Positions 7,973 through 21,065 of a stretch of DNA of 64,000 bases are shown one piece after another. The stretch is from an uncultured Gemmatimonadales bacterium (lineage in GTDB: Bacteria > Gemmatimonadota > Gemmatimonadetes > Longimicrobiales > Gaopeijiaceae): positions 1 through 64,000 of the forward strand of contig CAWGKG010000014.1 of assembly GCA_963823035.1 (NCBI GenBank), read 5' to 3'. The first letter of the stretch is position 1. Each line of letters opens with the position of its first letter. The notes under the pieces are model-generated. The model did no database searches and was not told where the DNA came from. It saw only the letters and a list, made by a program, of their open reading frames with translations. Both the position numbers and the translations under genes were made by a program.

Positions 7973-8976
7973 GGTGGTCCTTCTACACCTCGGGGAGGCG
8001 TCTCGGTTTCGTTCGTGTTCTCGGGGTCCTCCCACCAGGCGGGAGAGTCCGGGGCTTCGCCGGCCCTCAGGCGCGCCAACCGTTCTCGATTCCGGCCTCG
8101 CCGGGTTCTGGCCATGAAGAGCAAGAGGAGTGCCAGCAACATCCAGAAGACGGCCGAGCGGGTCAACACGAAGAACCAGCCGTACCGCGACTTGACCCAC
8201 CGCTTCCAGTCCTCCTCCAGCTGACCGGAAGTGACCCCGAAGGTAGCGCGGAGGCCGACCTCGAAGGAGCCCTGGTCCCGCCACCGCTCCAGGAAGATCG
8301 GCAGCGCGCGCGCTCCACCTTCCTGAAGAAGATAATCCACAGCGCTGGCGGCGAGGAGGTAGGCCGCCTCGGCCGAAGCGCGATCCCGAGGCCAGGCGAG
8401 CGTCAACGAGTCCAACGGCGGCGCCCTGCCGAGGGCGATGAGGACGCGCAGCCGCCATGCCTCCGTGGCGTCCCACCCCCCGGAGGCATACTGCGCGAAG
8501 CCCTCGTCGAACCACCGAGGCACGCGGAGATCCCCGAGGTACTGGTGCAGCGCCAGGTGCGCCCACTCGTGCCGCAGGACCCGCCGCCCCTCGGGGTCGA
8601 GGAGCGGTCGCCCCTCGAGCGGCACCACCAGGAGGTCGAGGGCCGGGATCGCCACCCCCGCGCGCCACTCCGGCACCCTCCCGCCGGTCACCTCGTCGAA
8701 CGCGCGGGCCGAGTGCGCGAGCACGGCGGTCACGTTCGCCGGTAGCGTGTCGGGAACCCCAGGGACGGGGGCCTGCCCCTCCAGGAAATCGAGCACGCGC
8801 CGCGCCGACAGGGAATCGCCCGGGGCATAGCGTACGCGCACGCGCGGGCCGGTCACCTCCGCGTAGGCCTCGCCGTCGAGCACATCCGGGATTCGCGGAG
8901 ATCCCTGCCCCGCGGCGGGAACCGCGACGAGGGCCGAAGCGATGAGCGCGTACAACGGAGCGCTGCGTCGATCCAT
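7969..8976 (-). CDS. Peptidase MA family zinc metallohydrolase, signal peptide and C-terminal TM
   Basis: LRHEWAH (HExxH), PRWFDEGFAQY. Confidence 0.8.
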   Translation of the reverse strand: MDRRSAPLYALIASALVAVPAAGQGSPRIPDVLDGEAYAEVTGPRVRVRYAPGDSLSARRVLDFLEGQAPVPGVPDTLPANVTAVLAHSARAFDEVTGGRVPEWRAGVAIPALDLLVVPLEGRPLLDPEGRRVLRHEWAHLALHQYLGDLRVPRWFDEGFAQYASGGWDATEAWRLRVLIALGRAPPLDSLTLAWPRDRASAEAAYLLAASAVDYLLQEGGARALPIFLERWRDQGSFEVGLRATFGVTSGQLEEDWKRWVKSRYGWFFVLTRSAVFWMLLALLLLFMARTRRGRNRERLARLRAGEAPDSPAWWEDPENTNETETPPRGVEGPP

Positions 8977-9016
8977 CGGATGCGGGCAGCTCTGGACGGC
9001 GACGCCCGAAGCGGGC

Positions 9017-10639
9017 TCACGCGCCCTGGAGCATCTCCAGGTTCGTGCGCACGGTCTCGTTGTGCGGATTCAGGTCGAGCGCGCGACGCCAGAGCAGGAC
9101 CGCCACGTCGCGGTCGTTGTCCTTGAAGGCGAGGGTGCCGAGGCGCAGATAGACGTCGTCGCCGAGCCGGGGCGAGAGCTTGACCGCCTTCTCGTACTGG
9201 ATGCGGGCCCCTTCGTGGTCGCCGCGGGCCCACGCCTGGTCACCCAGGTTCTTGTGCGCCTGCGGGGGCGGGGGCGTCATCGCGACGGCCCGCTTGTAGA
9301 GCGCCTCGGCCGCCTCCATCTCTCCCCGCCTTTCGAGCACGGCGCCGGTGTTCACCAGGATCGGGCCCGACTCGGGGTAGTGTCCGAGCCCTTCCCGCCC
9401 GACCGCCACCGCGTAGTCCAGGTCGCCGGCCACGGCCGACGCGAGCACCGTGTAGGCGTAGTAGACGGGCGACGGCTTCTTCAGCTTGGGCGACGTGCGG
9501 TGGGCGCGCAGCGCATCGAGCGCCTTGGCGGCGTCGTGCGACTTGAGGTGGACGATGCCCCTCAGCAGGTGGACGTCGGGGTCCTCAGGGCGGGCTTCCT
9601 GCGCCTGGGCGAGCGCCTGGAGCGCCTCCGGGTAGCGCCCCATGAGCTCGAGGGCGAGCGCGCGGTTGCGCTGCACGGAGTAGGCCTCGCGCATCCCCTC
9701 GGGCATCGCGCCGAAGCGCTGCAGGGCCTCGTCGAGCCGTCCCGATCGGAAGGCCATGAGGCCGAGCATGAAGTTCGCGCGACCCTGGCGCGGATCCATC
9801 TCCAGGGCGGCCTCGAACTCCCGCATGGCGTCTTCCATCATCCCCGAGCGGTAGAACGCGACGCCGAGGTTGAGGTGCTCCTGCAGGCGGGCGTCGCCCC
9901 CCGTCTCCGCGACGGTGGACTTCTCGCCCGAGCGGCTGACGAACCCGCCCTGGATCAGGCCGAAGAGCGCCTTCCCGGTGTCGAACTCCACCAGGCCGGC
10001 CTCGTTCATGATCTCCGTGACCGTACGCACGCCGTCGATGAAGGGAAGGACCTTGCGCTGGTCCTTCGTCAGCTCCACCTCCCCGTCGCTCTCCTCCGGG
10101 TCCTTGTCGAGCTGCAGCACGATGTCGAAGGTGGGGATCTTCTTCTCGACCAGGCTCCACTCGTCGGTGCGCCGGGCCGACTCCATGAGCAGCGACTCGA
10201 CGTTGACGTTGACGAGGAAGAGGCCCTCCTCGTCGGGGCGCTGGTCCGGATCGAAGTGGAACGAGCCCTGGCTCCAGCCGAAGAGGTGGTAGACGGCCTC
10301 CTCGATCTGCATCTGCACGTAGCGGTGGAGGCGCTCCTCGTCGATGCTGTTCATGTCGACCAGGATCTCGCCCAGGCGCCGGGCGCCCTTGGACTCGGCC
10401 TGACGCTGCATCGCCACCGAGAGGTCCTTGCGGGTCACCACGTGGTTGCGGACGAGCAGCTCTCCGAGCCGGTCCGGCCGGTTGAGGACGGACGCGTAGA
10501 TGACCCGACCTCCCTCGAAGTAGATGTACCCGAAGTTGGAGCGATCCGTGATGCTCAGGCATCCGGTCTTCCGGCTCATGCCCAGCAGCTGGCAGATGTC
10601 GGCCAGGTTGACGTCCTGGAGGCTCCCTTCGATCGCCAC
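9017..10639 (-). CDS. DUF4388 domain plus tetratricopeptide repeat protein
   Basis: AIEGSLQDVNLADICQLLGMSRKTGCL...RLGELL...WSQGSFHF; TPRs such as HLNLGVAFYRSG, HKNLGD. Confidence 0.85.
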   Translation of the reverse strand: MAIEGSLQDVNLADICQLLGMSRKTGCLSITDRSNFGYIYFEGGRVIYASVLNRPDRLGELLVRNHVVTRKDLSVAMQRQAESKGARRLGEILVDMNSIDEERLHRYVQMQIEEAVYHLFGWSQGSFHFDPDQRPDEEGLFLVNVNVESLLMESARRTDEWSLVEKKIPTFDIVLQLDKDPEESDGEVELTKDQRKVLPFIDGVRTVTEIMNEAGLVEFDTGKALFGLIQGGFVSRSGEKSTVAETGGDARLQEHLNLGVAFYRSGMMEDAMREFEAALEMDPRQGRANFMLGLMAFRSGRLDEALQRFGAMPEGMREAYSVQRNRALALELMGRYPEALQALAQAQEARPEDPDVHLLRGIVHLKSHDAAKALDALRAHRTSPKLKKPSPVYYAYTVLASAVAGDLDYAVAVGREGLGHYPESGPILVNTGAVLERRGEMEAAEALYKRAVAMTPPPPQAHKNLGDQAWARGDHEGARIQYEKAVKLSPRLGDDVYLRLGTLAFKDNDRDVAVLLWRRALDLNPHNETVRTNLEMLQGA

Positions 10640-12559
10640 TAGTCCAGATCCTCCTGGAGGAGCTCCTCCACACGGGGCCAGTGGAGGGTCACGTTCTCGG
10701 GCGACGGGAACCACGAGCCACCGCGGCGCGGGGCCTCGGCTACCTTCGCCCCGGGCTCGGCGGCGGCCTCCGTCGGAGCCTCGGCGCCGGACCGCGGAGG
10801 TCGGAGGTGTCGATGAAGAGGCCCGCCCGCTCGCCGACCTCGATCTCGTCGAGGGGCGGCACCACACGATCGCCTCCCGACGACTTCGGCCGCTCGTCCC
10901 AGAGCCCCGTGGCCGGGGCCGGCTCCTCCACCTCCACCAGCTCCAGCTCACCCGAGCCGCTGCCGACGTCCACCTCCAGGACCAGACCGCCCTCGAAGCG
11001 GGAGCGCAGCCGTTCGTCGATGCGGGAGATCCCGGACGGCGACCGGTCGGCCGCGAGCAGGACCCGCGCGCCCCGTCGCTTGAGCGCCTCGAAGAGGTGG
11101 AAGAACTCGTCCTGAGCCCGTTCCGTCTCCGAGAGCGCCTCGACGCCGTGCACCAGGAGGAGGTCCACCGTCCACCACCGCTCGCGCCAGGCTCCGGCCA
11201 CGCCGTCGCCCAGCGCGCGGATGAACTCCTCCGCGAACTCGCGCACCGAGACCACGGCCATCCTGGACTCGTCGTCCGCCGTCGCCTGGAAGGTCCGCCC
11301 CGCCGCACCCAGCAGCGTGCGCGCCCGCTCGGCCGGATCGGACCAGACGTACAGCGGGTTGTACTGCGGCTTCTCCGCCGCGACGAGCTGCTGGGCCGCC
11401 TTGAGGGCCATCTTCGAGAAGCCCTCCAGCGCATCGAGCTTCGGGCCGTCGCCCAGCTTGGGGAACGGACGCTGACGCTCGCGCACCGAGGCGAGCAGCG
11501 CTTCGGCCTCGTCGATACGGTCCGGGTCCTTGAGGAGGCCCGTCGCCGCCTCCGGCCACGGGTTGCCGAGGCGGTCGAGCTCGTCGTCGATGACGCGCAG
11601 GCGCTCCACGGACGCGCGGTAGTCCCGGACGATCTTCTGCCAGTCGGCGTGGCTCCCCCCCGCCCTGGCAGCTCCGCAGCCGTTGGGTCGAGAAGCCCTC
11701 GCGCTCCGCGGCGTCGATGGCCTCGCGGACCGCCTTGCGCCAGGGCTCCTCCTGGGCCTCGACGGTCTTGGCCACCACCCCCGTGAGGTCCTCGAGGAAG
11801 AGGCCGAACTCGTCGCGCCGGCCGGAGGGCGGGGCGGGCGCCTCGACGTCGCCGAGCAGGCGACGCACGTCGTCCGCCGAGACCGCTCGCTCCTCGAGGT
11901 CCTGCATCGCGAAGACCTTGTTCAACGCTCCACCCAGCTCGCGTACGTTCTTCACCGGGTGGCGTGCCAGCGCCTCCGCCACGCCCTGCTCGAGGTTGCT
12001 GGCCCGCCTCGTCGGCCTTGCGGCGGATGATGGCGACGCGGGTCTCGTACTCCGGAACCCCGATGTCCACGATCAGCCCGCCGGAGAAGCGCGACAGCAG
12101 CCGCGCGTCGAGCCCGTCGATGTCGGCCGGAGGGCGGTCCGAGGCGAGGACGATCTGGCTCCCGGCCGAGGACAGGTGGTCGAGCGTGCGCAGCAGCATC
12201 TCCTGCGCCTCGTTCTGTCCGGCGAGGAACTGCACGTCGTCGAGGAGGAGGACGTCGAGATCCGCGTAGCGGTCGCGGAAGGCGTCGCGCGCGCCCCGCT
12301 CCAGCGCCCCCGTGAGCTCCTCCAGGTAACCCTCCAGCGCCATGTACTCGATCTTCCGGTTCGCAGCCACCCGCATGGCGTGGTGCGCGATCGCCATGAG
12401 GATGTGGGACTTACCGAGTCCGGACGCCGAATACACGAAGAGCGGGTTGTAGCTCGTTCCCGGGGAGTCCGCGGCGCGACGTGCTGCGGCGCTGGCCAAC
12501 CGATTGGCCGGGCCGACCACGAAGGAGTCGAACGTCAGTTTCGGATCGAGATCCGTCAT
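10639..12559 (-). CDS. DnaA/Hda-family protein with two DnaA-type AAA+ modules (frameshifted)
   Basis: TFDSFVVGPANRLA, YNPLFVYSASGLGKSH, LLLDDVQF, RLLSRFSGG; second module YNPLYVW...DERLRSRFEGG; frame breaks near 11990, 11660 and 10750. Confidence 0.8.
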
Positions 12560-12689
12560 GAACGCCGAGGGCTCGGGAGCACGCAAGCGAAGGTCTGAGT
12601 GAGGGCGGTTAAGTATCGGCCAGAGTGCGCCGGAAGAAAAGCCCTGGAATCAAGCGCTTTAGCTCGGTGTCGGCGAGTCCCGGACGCGG

Positions 12690-13670
12690 TCATCCCGAGG
12701 CGTTCCTCGCCCACGCGGCCGCGGACTCCAGATCGCGTGGCAGGGGCGAACGGAGGCGCATCCGGGCGCCGGTCACGGGGTGGTCGAACGCCAGCTCCGC
12801 GGCGTGCAGGAACTGGCGGGGCGTCCGCCTCGCCAGCTCCCGCACCCAGGCCCGATCCGGCCCACCCAGCCCGCGCTCCCACCCCTTGCCATACGTCGGA
12901 TCGCCCACCACCGGATGGCCGACGTGGGCCAGGTGGACGCGGATCTGGTGCGTGCGGCCGGTCTGGAGGGCGACGTCGAGGAAATCGGCGCGCAGCCAGC
13001 GCTCGCGCACCCGGGCGTGCGTGACCGCCCGCCTCCCTCCCTCCACGACCGCCATCCGCTTCCGCTCGTGGGGATCGCGTCCCATGGGGGCGTCCACGGT
13101 GAGCGGCGTCTCGGTCAGGTGACCCCAGCAGGCCGCCCGGTAGAGCCGCTTCATCCTGCGGGCGCGCAGCGCGTCTGCGAGGCCGTGGTGGGCCCGGTCG
13201 CTCTTGGCCACCACCAGGAGACCCGAGGTGTCCCGGTCCAGCCGGTGGACGATGCCGGGACGCAGGCGCCCGCCCACCCCCGAGAGGTCGCGCACGTGGA
13301 AGAGGAGGGCGTTGACCAGCGTGCCCGTTCGGTGGCCCGGCGCAGGGTGCACGACCATCCCGGCCGCCTTGTCCACCACCAGGAGGTGCTCGTCCTCGAA
13401 GACACGCACGAGCGGGAGGTCCTCGGCGGGGATGTCGACCGGCGAGGCGGGAGGGACCTCCACCACCACCCGGCTCCCCGACTCCACCCGCTCGGACTTG
13501 CGGCCCGGGCGGCCGTCGACCTGCACGCGTCCCTCGGCGATGAGCGCCTGGATGCGCGTGCGCGACAGCGTCAGCCGCTCGGCGAGGAAGCGGTCGAGCC
13601 GGTCGGCCTCGCCCGGCGCCACCACCAGCCGCTCCTCGCGGCCGCCCGCCGCCCGCTCCACGTCACCCAT
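12690..13670 (-). CDS. rluD: RluA-family pseudouridine synthase (RluD-type, S4 domain)
   Basis: RLDRFLA, VHRLDRDTSG, TGRTHQIRVH. Confidence 0.9.
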   Translation of the reverse strand: MGDVERAAGGREERLVVAPGEADRLDRFLAERLTLSRTRIQALIAEGRVQVDGRPGRKSERVESGSRVVVEVPPASPVDIPAEDLPLVRVFEDEHLLVVDKAAGMVVHPAPGHRTGTLVNALLFHVRDLSGVGGRLRPGIVHRLDRDTSGLLVVAKSDRAHHGLADALRARRMKRLYRAACWGHLTETPLTVDAPMGRDPHERKRMAVVEGGRRAVTHARVRERWLRADFLDVALQTGRTHQIRVHLAHVGHPVVGDPTYGKGWERGLGGPDRAWVRELARRTPRQFLHAAELAFDHPVTGARMRLRSPLPRDLESAAAWARNASG

Positions 13671-13706
13671 GGGGTCGAGCGTCGGCCGGCGCCCCGGCGC
13701 GACGGC

Positions 13707-16856
<3,150 letters not shown>

Positions 16857-16890
16857 CGATCGCCTGTTCCGTGCGTCCGTCGGGCTTCGG

Positions 16891-17832
16891 TCAGCCCCAG
16901 CGGGGGTCGTCCGAGCCCTCCCTGCGCGGGGGGGTGAAGAGGTCCCGCTCGTCGGGCACCTCCTGCTCTCCGTCCTCACGGTCCGTCGAGGCGTCCCCGG
17001 ACGGTCCGTGATCGCCCATCGAGGCCGTCTCCGTGACGTCCTGGCCCTCGCCGGGGCTCCGCTCCCGTGGGATGCCGTACCGGGCCGCGAGGGCGTCGAG
17101 CGGCTCCTCCAGCCCCTCGTAGAGGGCGGCAAGCTCGTCCACGGCCATGTCGAGCGGCGGGCGCGGCTCGCCGTCCGGGGAAAGCGCCGCGATCACCTTC
17201 GTGGGGGTCCGCGGCGTCGCGTCGGGTCCGGAGCTCCGCGGCGCGTCGGTCGCGGCGGCGGCCGCCGCCGTCCCTGTCGCCGTCGTGTCGAAGTGCCGTC
17301 CGCCGAGGAGGTCGAGCTCGATCGGGCGGTCCTCGAGCGGCCTCCGCTCCTCCTCCACCTGGACCACGTCCATCTCACGCTCGAGGAGCTGGCGGTAGGC
17401 CTTCAGGAACCGCAGACGACGACGCTCCATCTCCTCCAGGCCGTCCTGCGCCTGCTCGAGCTTCCGCTCCGCGTCACGCAGCATGCGACGGACCTCGGCC
17501 TCGGCCTCGGCGCGCTGGCGGCGTGCTTCGACCTCGACCTCCTTGAGGATGAGATCCGCCTCACGCTGGGCCTGGCCGCTGATCTCCTTCCGTAGCTCCT
17601 GCGCGCTGACCAGTGCTTCCTGGACCGCGTGCTCCCGCCCCGTCTGTGAGCTCACCTGCTGCTGGAGCGACTCGGTGCGCTCGCGGAGGTGCATCAACTC
17701 GCGCACCAGGTCCTCCAGGCGGTCGCCGACGAGCTCCAGGAAGAGGTCGACTTCCTGGGGATCGTAGCCCCGCAGGATCCGCTTGAAGTCCCCGCGCTTG
17801 TTGCGTACGTCGAGTGGCGTAAGGTCGATCAT
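16891..17832 (-). CDS. divIVA: DivIVA domain coiled-coil protein
   Basis: LTPLDVRNK..F...LRGYDPQEVDLFL; between yggS and ileS. Confidence 0.85.
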   Translation of the reverse strand: MIDLTPLDVRNKRGDFKRILRGYDPQEVDLFLELVGDRLEDLVRELMHLRERTESLQQQVSSQTGREHAVQEALVSAQELRKEISGQAQREADLILKEVEVEARRQRAEAEAEVRRMLRDAERKLEQAQDGLEEMERRRLRFLKAYRQLLEREMDVVQVEEERRPLEDRPIELDLLGGRHFDTTATGTAAAAAATDAPRSSGPDATPRTPTKVIAALSPDGEPRPPLDMAVDELAALYEGLEEPLDALAARYGIPRERSPGEGQDVTETASMGDHGPSGDASTDREDGEQEVPDERDLFTPPRREGSDDPRWG

Positions 17833-18530
17833 GGCGTTCCAGGCCTCTCCCCGAACAGTGCGGTGCCGATCCGGACCATCGTGCTGCCCTCCCGGACGGC
17901 GATCTCGAGATCGTTCGTCATCCCCATGGAGAGCTCGGCGCCGATGCCGGCGTCCGCCCTCCGGACCTCCTCCAGCGTCTCCCTCAGGCGGCGGAAGGTC
18001 GTCGACAGGACCCTGTCGTCGTCAACCAACGGCGCCATCGTCATCAGCCCCCGGACCCGCAAGCCGGGAAGCGCGGCCATGCGCAGCACCTCCTCGACGG
18101 CCCCGGAGCCCTCCACCCCGCTCTTGGCGTCTTCTCCGGAGGTGTTCACCTGCACGAGGATCGGGACCTCGCGGCCCGCCTCCCCGGCCGCCCGCGACAT
18201 CCGCTCGGCCAGATGGAGCGAGTCCACCGAGTGGATCAGGTCGGCCACGTCGATCACCCGCGACGCCTTCCGGCTCTGCACGTGCCCGATCATGTGCCAG
18301 GTGGCCGCGTCGCGCCCCAGGGCCGCGACCTTCTCCTCGAGCTCGTCGACCCGGTTCTCGCCCAGGTCGCGGAGCCCCGCGGCGAGCGCGGCCTCCAGGG
18401 CCTCCCTGGGATGACCCTTCGTCACCGCCACCAGACGCACGCCCGTCGGGTCGCGCCCGGCGGTTTCCGCCGCACCCGCGATCCGGTCGCGCACACGCGG
18501 CAGCGTATCGGCCAGGCGTTCCCGGTACAT
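17829..18530 (-). CDS. yggS: YggS family PLP homeostasis protein
   Basis: LVAVTK, GENRV, WHMIGHVQSRK, LSMGMTND, VRIGTALFG. Confidence 0.93.
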   Translation of the reverse strand: MYRERLADTLPRVRDRIAGAAETAGRDPTGVRLVAVTKGHPREALEAALAAGLRDLGENRVDELEEKVAALGRDAATWHMIGHVQSRKASRVIDVADLIHSVDSLHLAERMSRAAGEAGREVPILVQVNTSGEDAKSGVEGSGAVEEVLRMAALPGLRVRGLMTMAPLVDDDRVLSTTFRRLRETLEEVRRADAGIGAELSMGMTNDLEIAVREGSTMVRIGTALFGERPGTP

Positions 18531-18594
18531 GGCTGAGAATTGTAGTGAATCAGCGGTTTCCATCACAGACGAACGTGGCGCAGCGAATAAGCGA

Positions 18595-18628
18595 AGAGGA
18601 CCCCGCCGGCGCTCCGGCGGGGTCCTCT
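18595..18628 (-). terminator. Intrinsic terminator after tonB
   Basis: Perfect 15-bp stem AGAGGACCCCGCCGG / CCGGCGGGGTCCTCT with 4-nt loop, T-rich tail on the minus strand. Confidence 0.8.
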
Positions 18629-18656
18629 CGACCAGCGTGGACTCCGGGGCCCCGGG

Positions 18657-19334
18657 TTATCGGACCTGGAAGGTAATCGGGAACGAAACCCACACCGGGA
18701 CCTTCTTGTCCCGGTTGAGGGCCGGTGAGAACCGGTAGATGTTCGCGACCTTCAGGGCCGCTTCGTCCAGAGCCTGGTGCCCCGAGGTCTGGTCGATCCG
18801 GGTGTCCTGGACCTGGCCGTTCTCGTCGATGAAGAAGTACACCTTCACCGTTCCGCCGATGCCGGCATCACGGAGCAGCGGCGGATACTCGCGCTCCATG
18901 GCGCGCACCACGTCGGGACGGTTCAGGATGGACGGTGCCACCGTGAAAGGCGTGAACGTCGGGGCGGCGGAGAGGTCCTGCGCCTTCTCCTCGGGCGGCG
19001 GCGGCAGGTCCTCGACCGGGTTTTCCTCGAACGTCGTGGGCGCGATCGTGATGTCCTCGTCGATGTTCGCCTCGGCGATCACCGGCGTGGCGGGACGCGC
19101 GATCGACTTCGGTGGCGGCGGGATCTCGATCTCCGGCGGGAGCTCGATCGCCTCCAACTCCGCGGCCGTGTAGGAGATGTCCTCCGCGGTGAGCTCCGGC
19201 CAGAAGGCGAAGATCCCGAAGTGGACCAGCGTCGCCACGATCATGGAACCCCAGAACCAGGTGCTGAACGAATCCTTGAGACGATCGTTGGCGGACCTGA
19301 CCGGGGCGGCGGGTACGGCTTCAGCTGCGCTCAT
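18657..19334 (-). CDS. tonB: Energy transducer TonB
   Basis: N-terminal TM with His, Pro-rich linker, YPPLLRDAGIGGTV...FSPA C-terminal domain. Confidence 0.9.
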   Translation of the reverse strand: MSAAEAVPAAPVRSANDRLKDSFSTWFWGSMIVATLVHFGIFAFWPELTAEDISYTAAELEAIELPPEIEIPPPPKSIARPATPVIAEANIDEDITIAPTTFEENPVEDLPPPPEEKAQDLSAAPTFTPFTVAPSILNRPDVVRAMEREYPPLLRDAGIGGTVKVYFFIDENGQVQDTRIDQTSGHQALDEAALKVANIYRFSPALNRDKKVPVWVSFPITFQVR

Positions 19335-19777
19335 CGTCTCTCCCTCTGCATCCGCTGCTCCAGCTTCGTCGCGAACACCACTCGTACGACGCCGGCCTCC
19401 ACGAGTTCCTTCTGGAGGGCGTCCATGTAGTGATAGGGCGTATCCCGATCGCCGCGGATCGAGATCACCAGGGCACGGTCGGAGGACGCGTACAGCGGCG
19501 CCACGACCTGCGATACCTCGCTCATCTGGTACTGCTGGTCGTTGATGAAGATCGAGCCGTCCTGCTGGATCCACACGTTCAGGATGTTCTTCTTCTTCTC
19601 GTCCGTCTTCTGCGCCGCTCCGGCCTCGGCCCAGTCGATGGGCCGCTCACGGTCTGACGGGAAGACCGTGCTGACCATGAAGAAGATCAGCAGCAGGAAG
19701 GCGATGTCCGCCAGCGACGACGAGGGGACCTCCTCCGACGCTTTGGACCGCTTCTGGAATCCGCCTTTCTTGGCCAT
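19331..19777 (-). CDS. exbD: Biopolymer transporter ExbD
   Basis: SLADIAFLLLIFFMVST. Confidence 0.9.
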   Translation of the reverse strand: MAKKGGFQKRSKASEEVPSSSLADIAFLLLIFFMVSTVFPSDRERPIDWAEAGAAQKTDEKKKNILNVWIQQDGSIFINDQQYQMSEVSQVVAPLYASSDRALVISIRGDRDTPYHYMDALQKELVEAGVVRVVFATKLEQRMQRERR

Positions 19778-19780
19778 CCG

Positions 19781-20206
19781 TCAGTTCTCCAGGATCTGGA
19801 GGGAGATGCGCTCGGCGTTGGCCATCTTCAGTCCGTCCAACACTTCGATCATCATCCTGTAGGGCGCGTCCGGGTGGGTCTTCACCGCCGCGATCAGGTT
19901 GGGGTTCTGTGCCACTTCCTGACGCCACAGGCCCTCGATCTCGCTCGGCCGCATCACCTGCTCCTGCTGGCTCTCCCCGCGCTTGACGCGCACGGTGCCG
20001 TTGGGCTCGATGATGAGGTGGAGGATGTTCTTCTGGCTGACCTGCGCTTCCTCACCCGGCTCCGGGAGCACGAGCGACAGCCCCTTGTCCTTCGGGAACA
20101 CCGTCGTGACGAGGAAGAAGATCAGCAGGAGGAAGGCGATGTCCGCCATCGACGACGTCGGAACCTCGTCGCTGACCTTCGACTTCTTCTTGTTCAAGAC
20201 CGCCAT
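19781..20206 (-). CDS. exbD: Biopolymer transporter ExbD (second paralog)
   Basis: SMADIAFLLLIFFLVTT. Confidence 0.9.
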   Translation of the reverse strand: MAVLNKKKSKVSDEVPTSSMADIAFLLLIFFLVTTVFPKDKGLSLVLPEPGEEAQVSQKNILHLIIEPNGTVRVKRGESQQEQVMRPSEIEGLWRQEVAQNPNLIAAVKTHPDAPYRMMIEVLDGLKMANAERISLQILEN

Positions 20207-20260
20207 ATCGCTGGACCTCGGCTCCGATCGAAGTTACTTGAGCTGTACCCCGAAGGTTCC

Positions 20261-20929
20261 CTACTTCTCCGCCTTGACGACCTGGAGGGCACCCCGCTTC
20301 TCGAGGTCCCAGGCCAGGTTGAGAATCTTCTGCGCGCCGTGCTCCATGTCCATGATGAGCTGGTCGATGCGCGTCACGAAGAAGTTGTACGCGATGTTGA
20401 CCGGAATCGCGATGATCAGCCCCGCCGCCGTCGTGAGCAGCGCGACCTTGATCCCCCCGGCCACGAGGCTCGGGTCCACGTCGCCCGCCGTCTGGATGGC
20501 GCCGAACGCGAGGATCATGCCGGCCACCGTCCCGAGGAAGCCCATCAGAGGGGCCACGTTCGCGACCGTGGCCAGGATGACGAGCCCGCGCTCGAGGAAG
20601 CCGAGCTCGATCGCGCCGGTGGTGGCCACCGCCTTCTCGATCTCGCCCTCCATCAGCTTCTTGTGACGGATGCGCCGGAGTCCGACCAGCAGGATCGCCG
20701 CGGCGGGGCCGGGCGTCTCGATGGCGATCGCGACGGCCTCGTCGATCTGGCCGGCCAGCGCCTTGGCCTCCACCTCCTCGAGCAGGTGCGAGGTCCCGTG
20801 GTGCGCCTGCCAGAGCGTCCAGGCCTTCGCGATGATCACGCCGAGGGCGATGAGGGAGCAGAGGACGAGGGGATACATCATCCACCCGCCGTCGGCGAAG
20901 AGCGTCAGCAAACGATACTGAGTGCCCAC
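20261..20929 (-). CDS. exbB: MotA/TolQ/ExbB proton channel protein
   Basis: GGWMMYPL, APLMGFLGTVAGMI, ALLTTAAGL. Confidence 0.92.
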   Translation of the reverse strand: MGTQYRLLTLFADGGWMMYPLVLCSLIALGVIIAKAWTLWQAHHGTSHLLEEVEAKALAGQIDEAVAIAIETPGPAAAILLVGLRRIRHKKLMEGEIEKAVATTGAIELGFLERGLVILATVANVAPLMGFLGTVAGMILAFGAIQTAGDVDPSLVAGGIKVALLTTAAGLIIAIPVNIAYNFFVTRIDQLIMDMEHGAQKILNLAWDLEKRGALQVVKAEK

Positions 20930-20992
20930 GAAAGGCCGCTCCTGTGGTTCGGGTCGCCCCGCAGGGCCGAGGTCTGGGAAAAGGCTCGGCGG

Positions 20993-21022
20993 AATCTACG
21001 GGCCGTCCGAGCAGCGTGTCAA
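20993..21022 (-). promoter_or_regulatory. Putative sigma70 promoter of exbB operon
   Basis: TTGACA-N18-TAGATT on the minus strand, about 65 bp upstream of the start. Confidence 0.6.
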
Positions 21023-21065
21023 CGCGCCCGGTCGACCTTCGGTACGTCGCGCCCCGACATGCATT

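Noticed and set aside
9017..12586. Apparent 1189-aa DnaA-DUF4388-TPR fusion
   Set aside because: The middle is out-of-frame junk; the DnaA-like gene has its own TAG at 10639-10641 overlapping the GTG start of the DUF4388 gene
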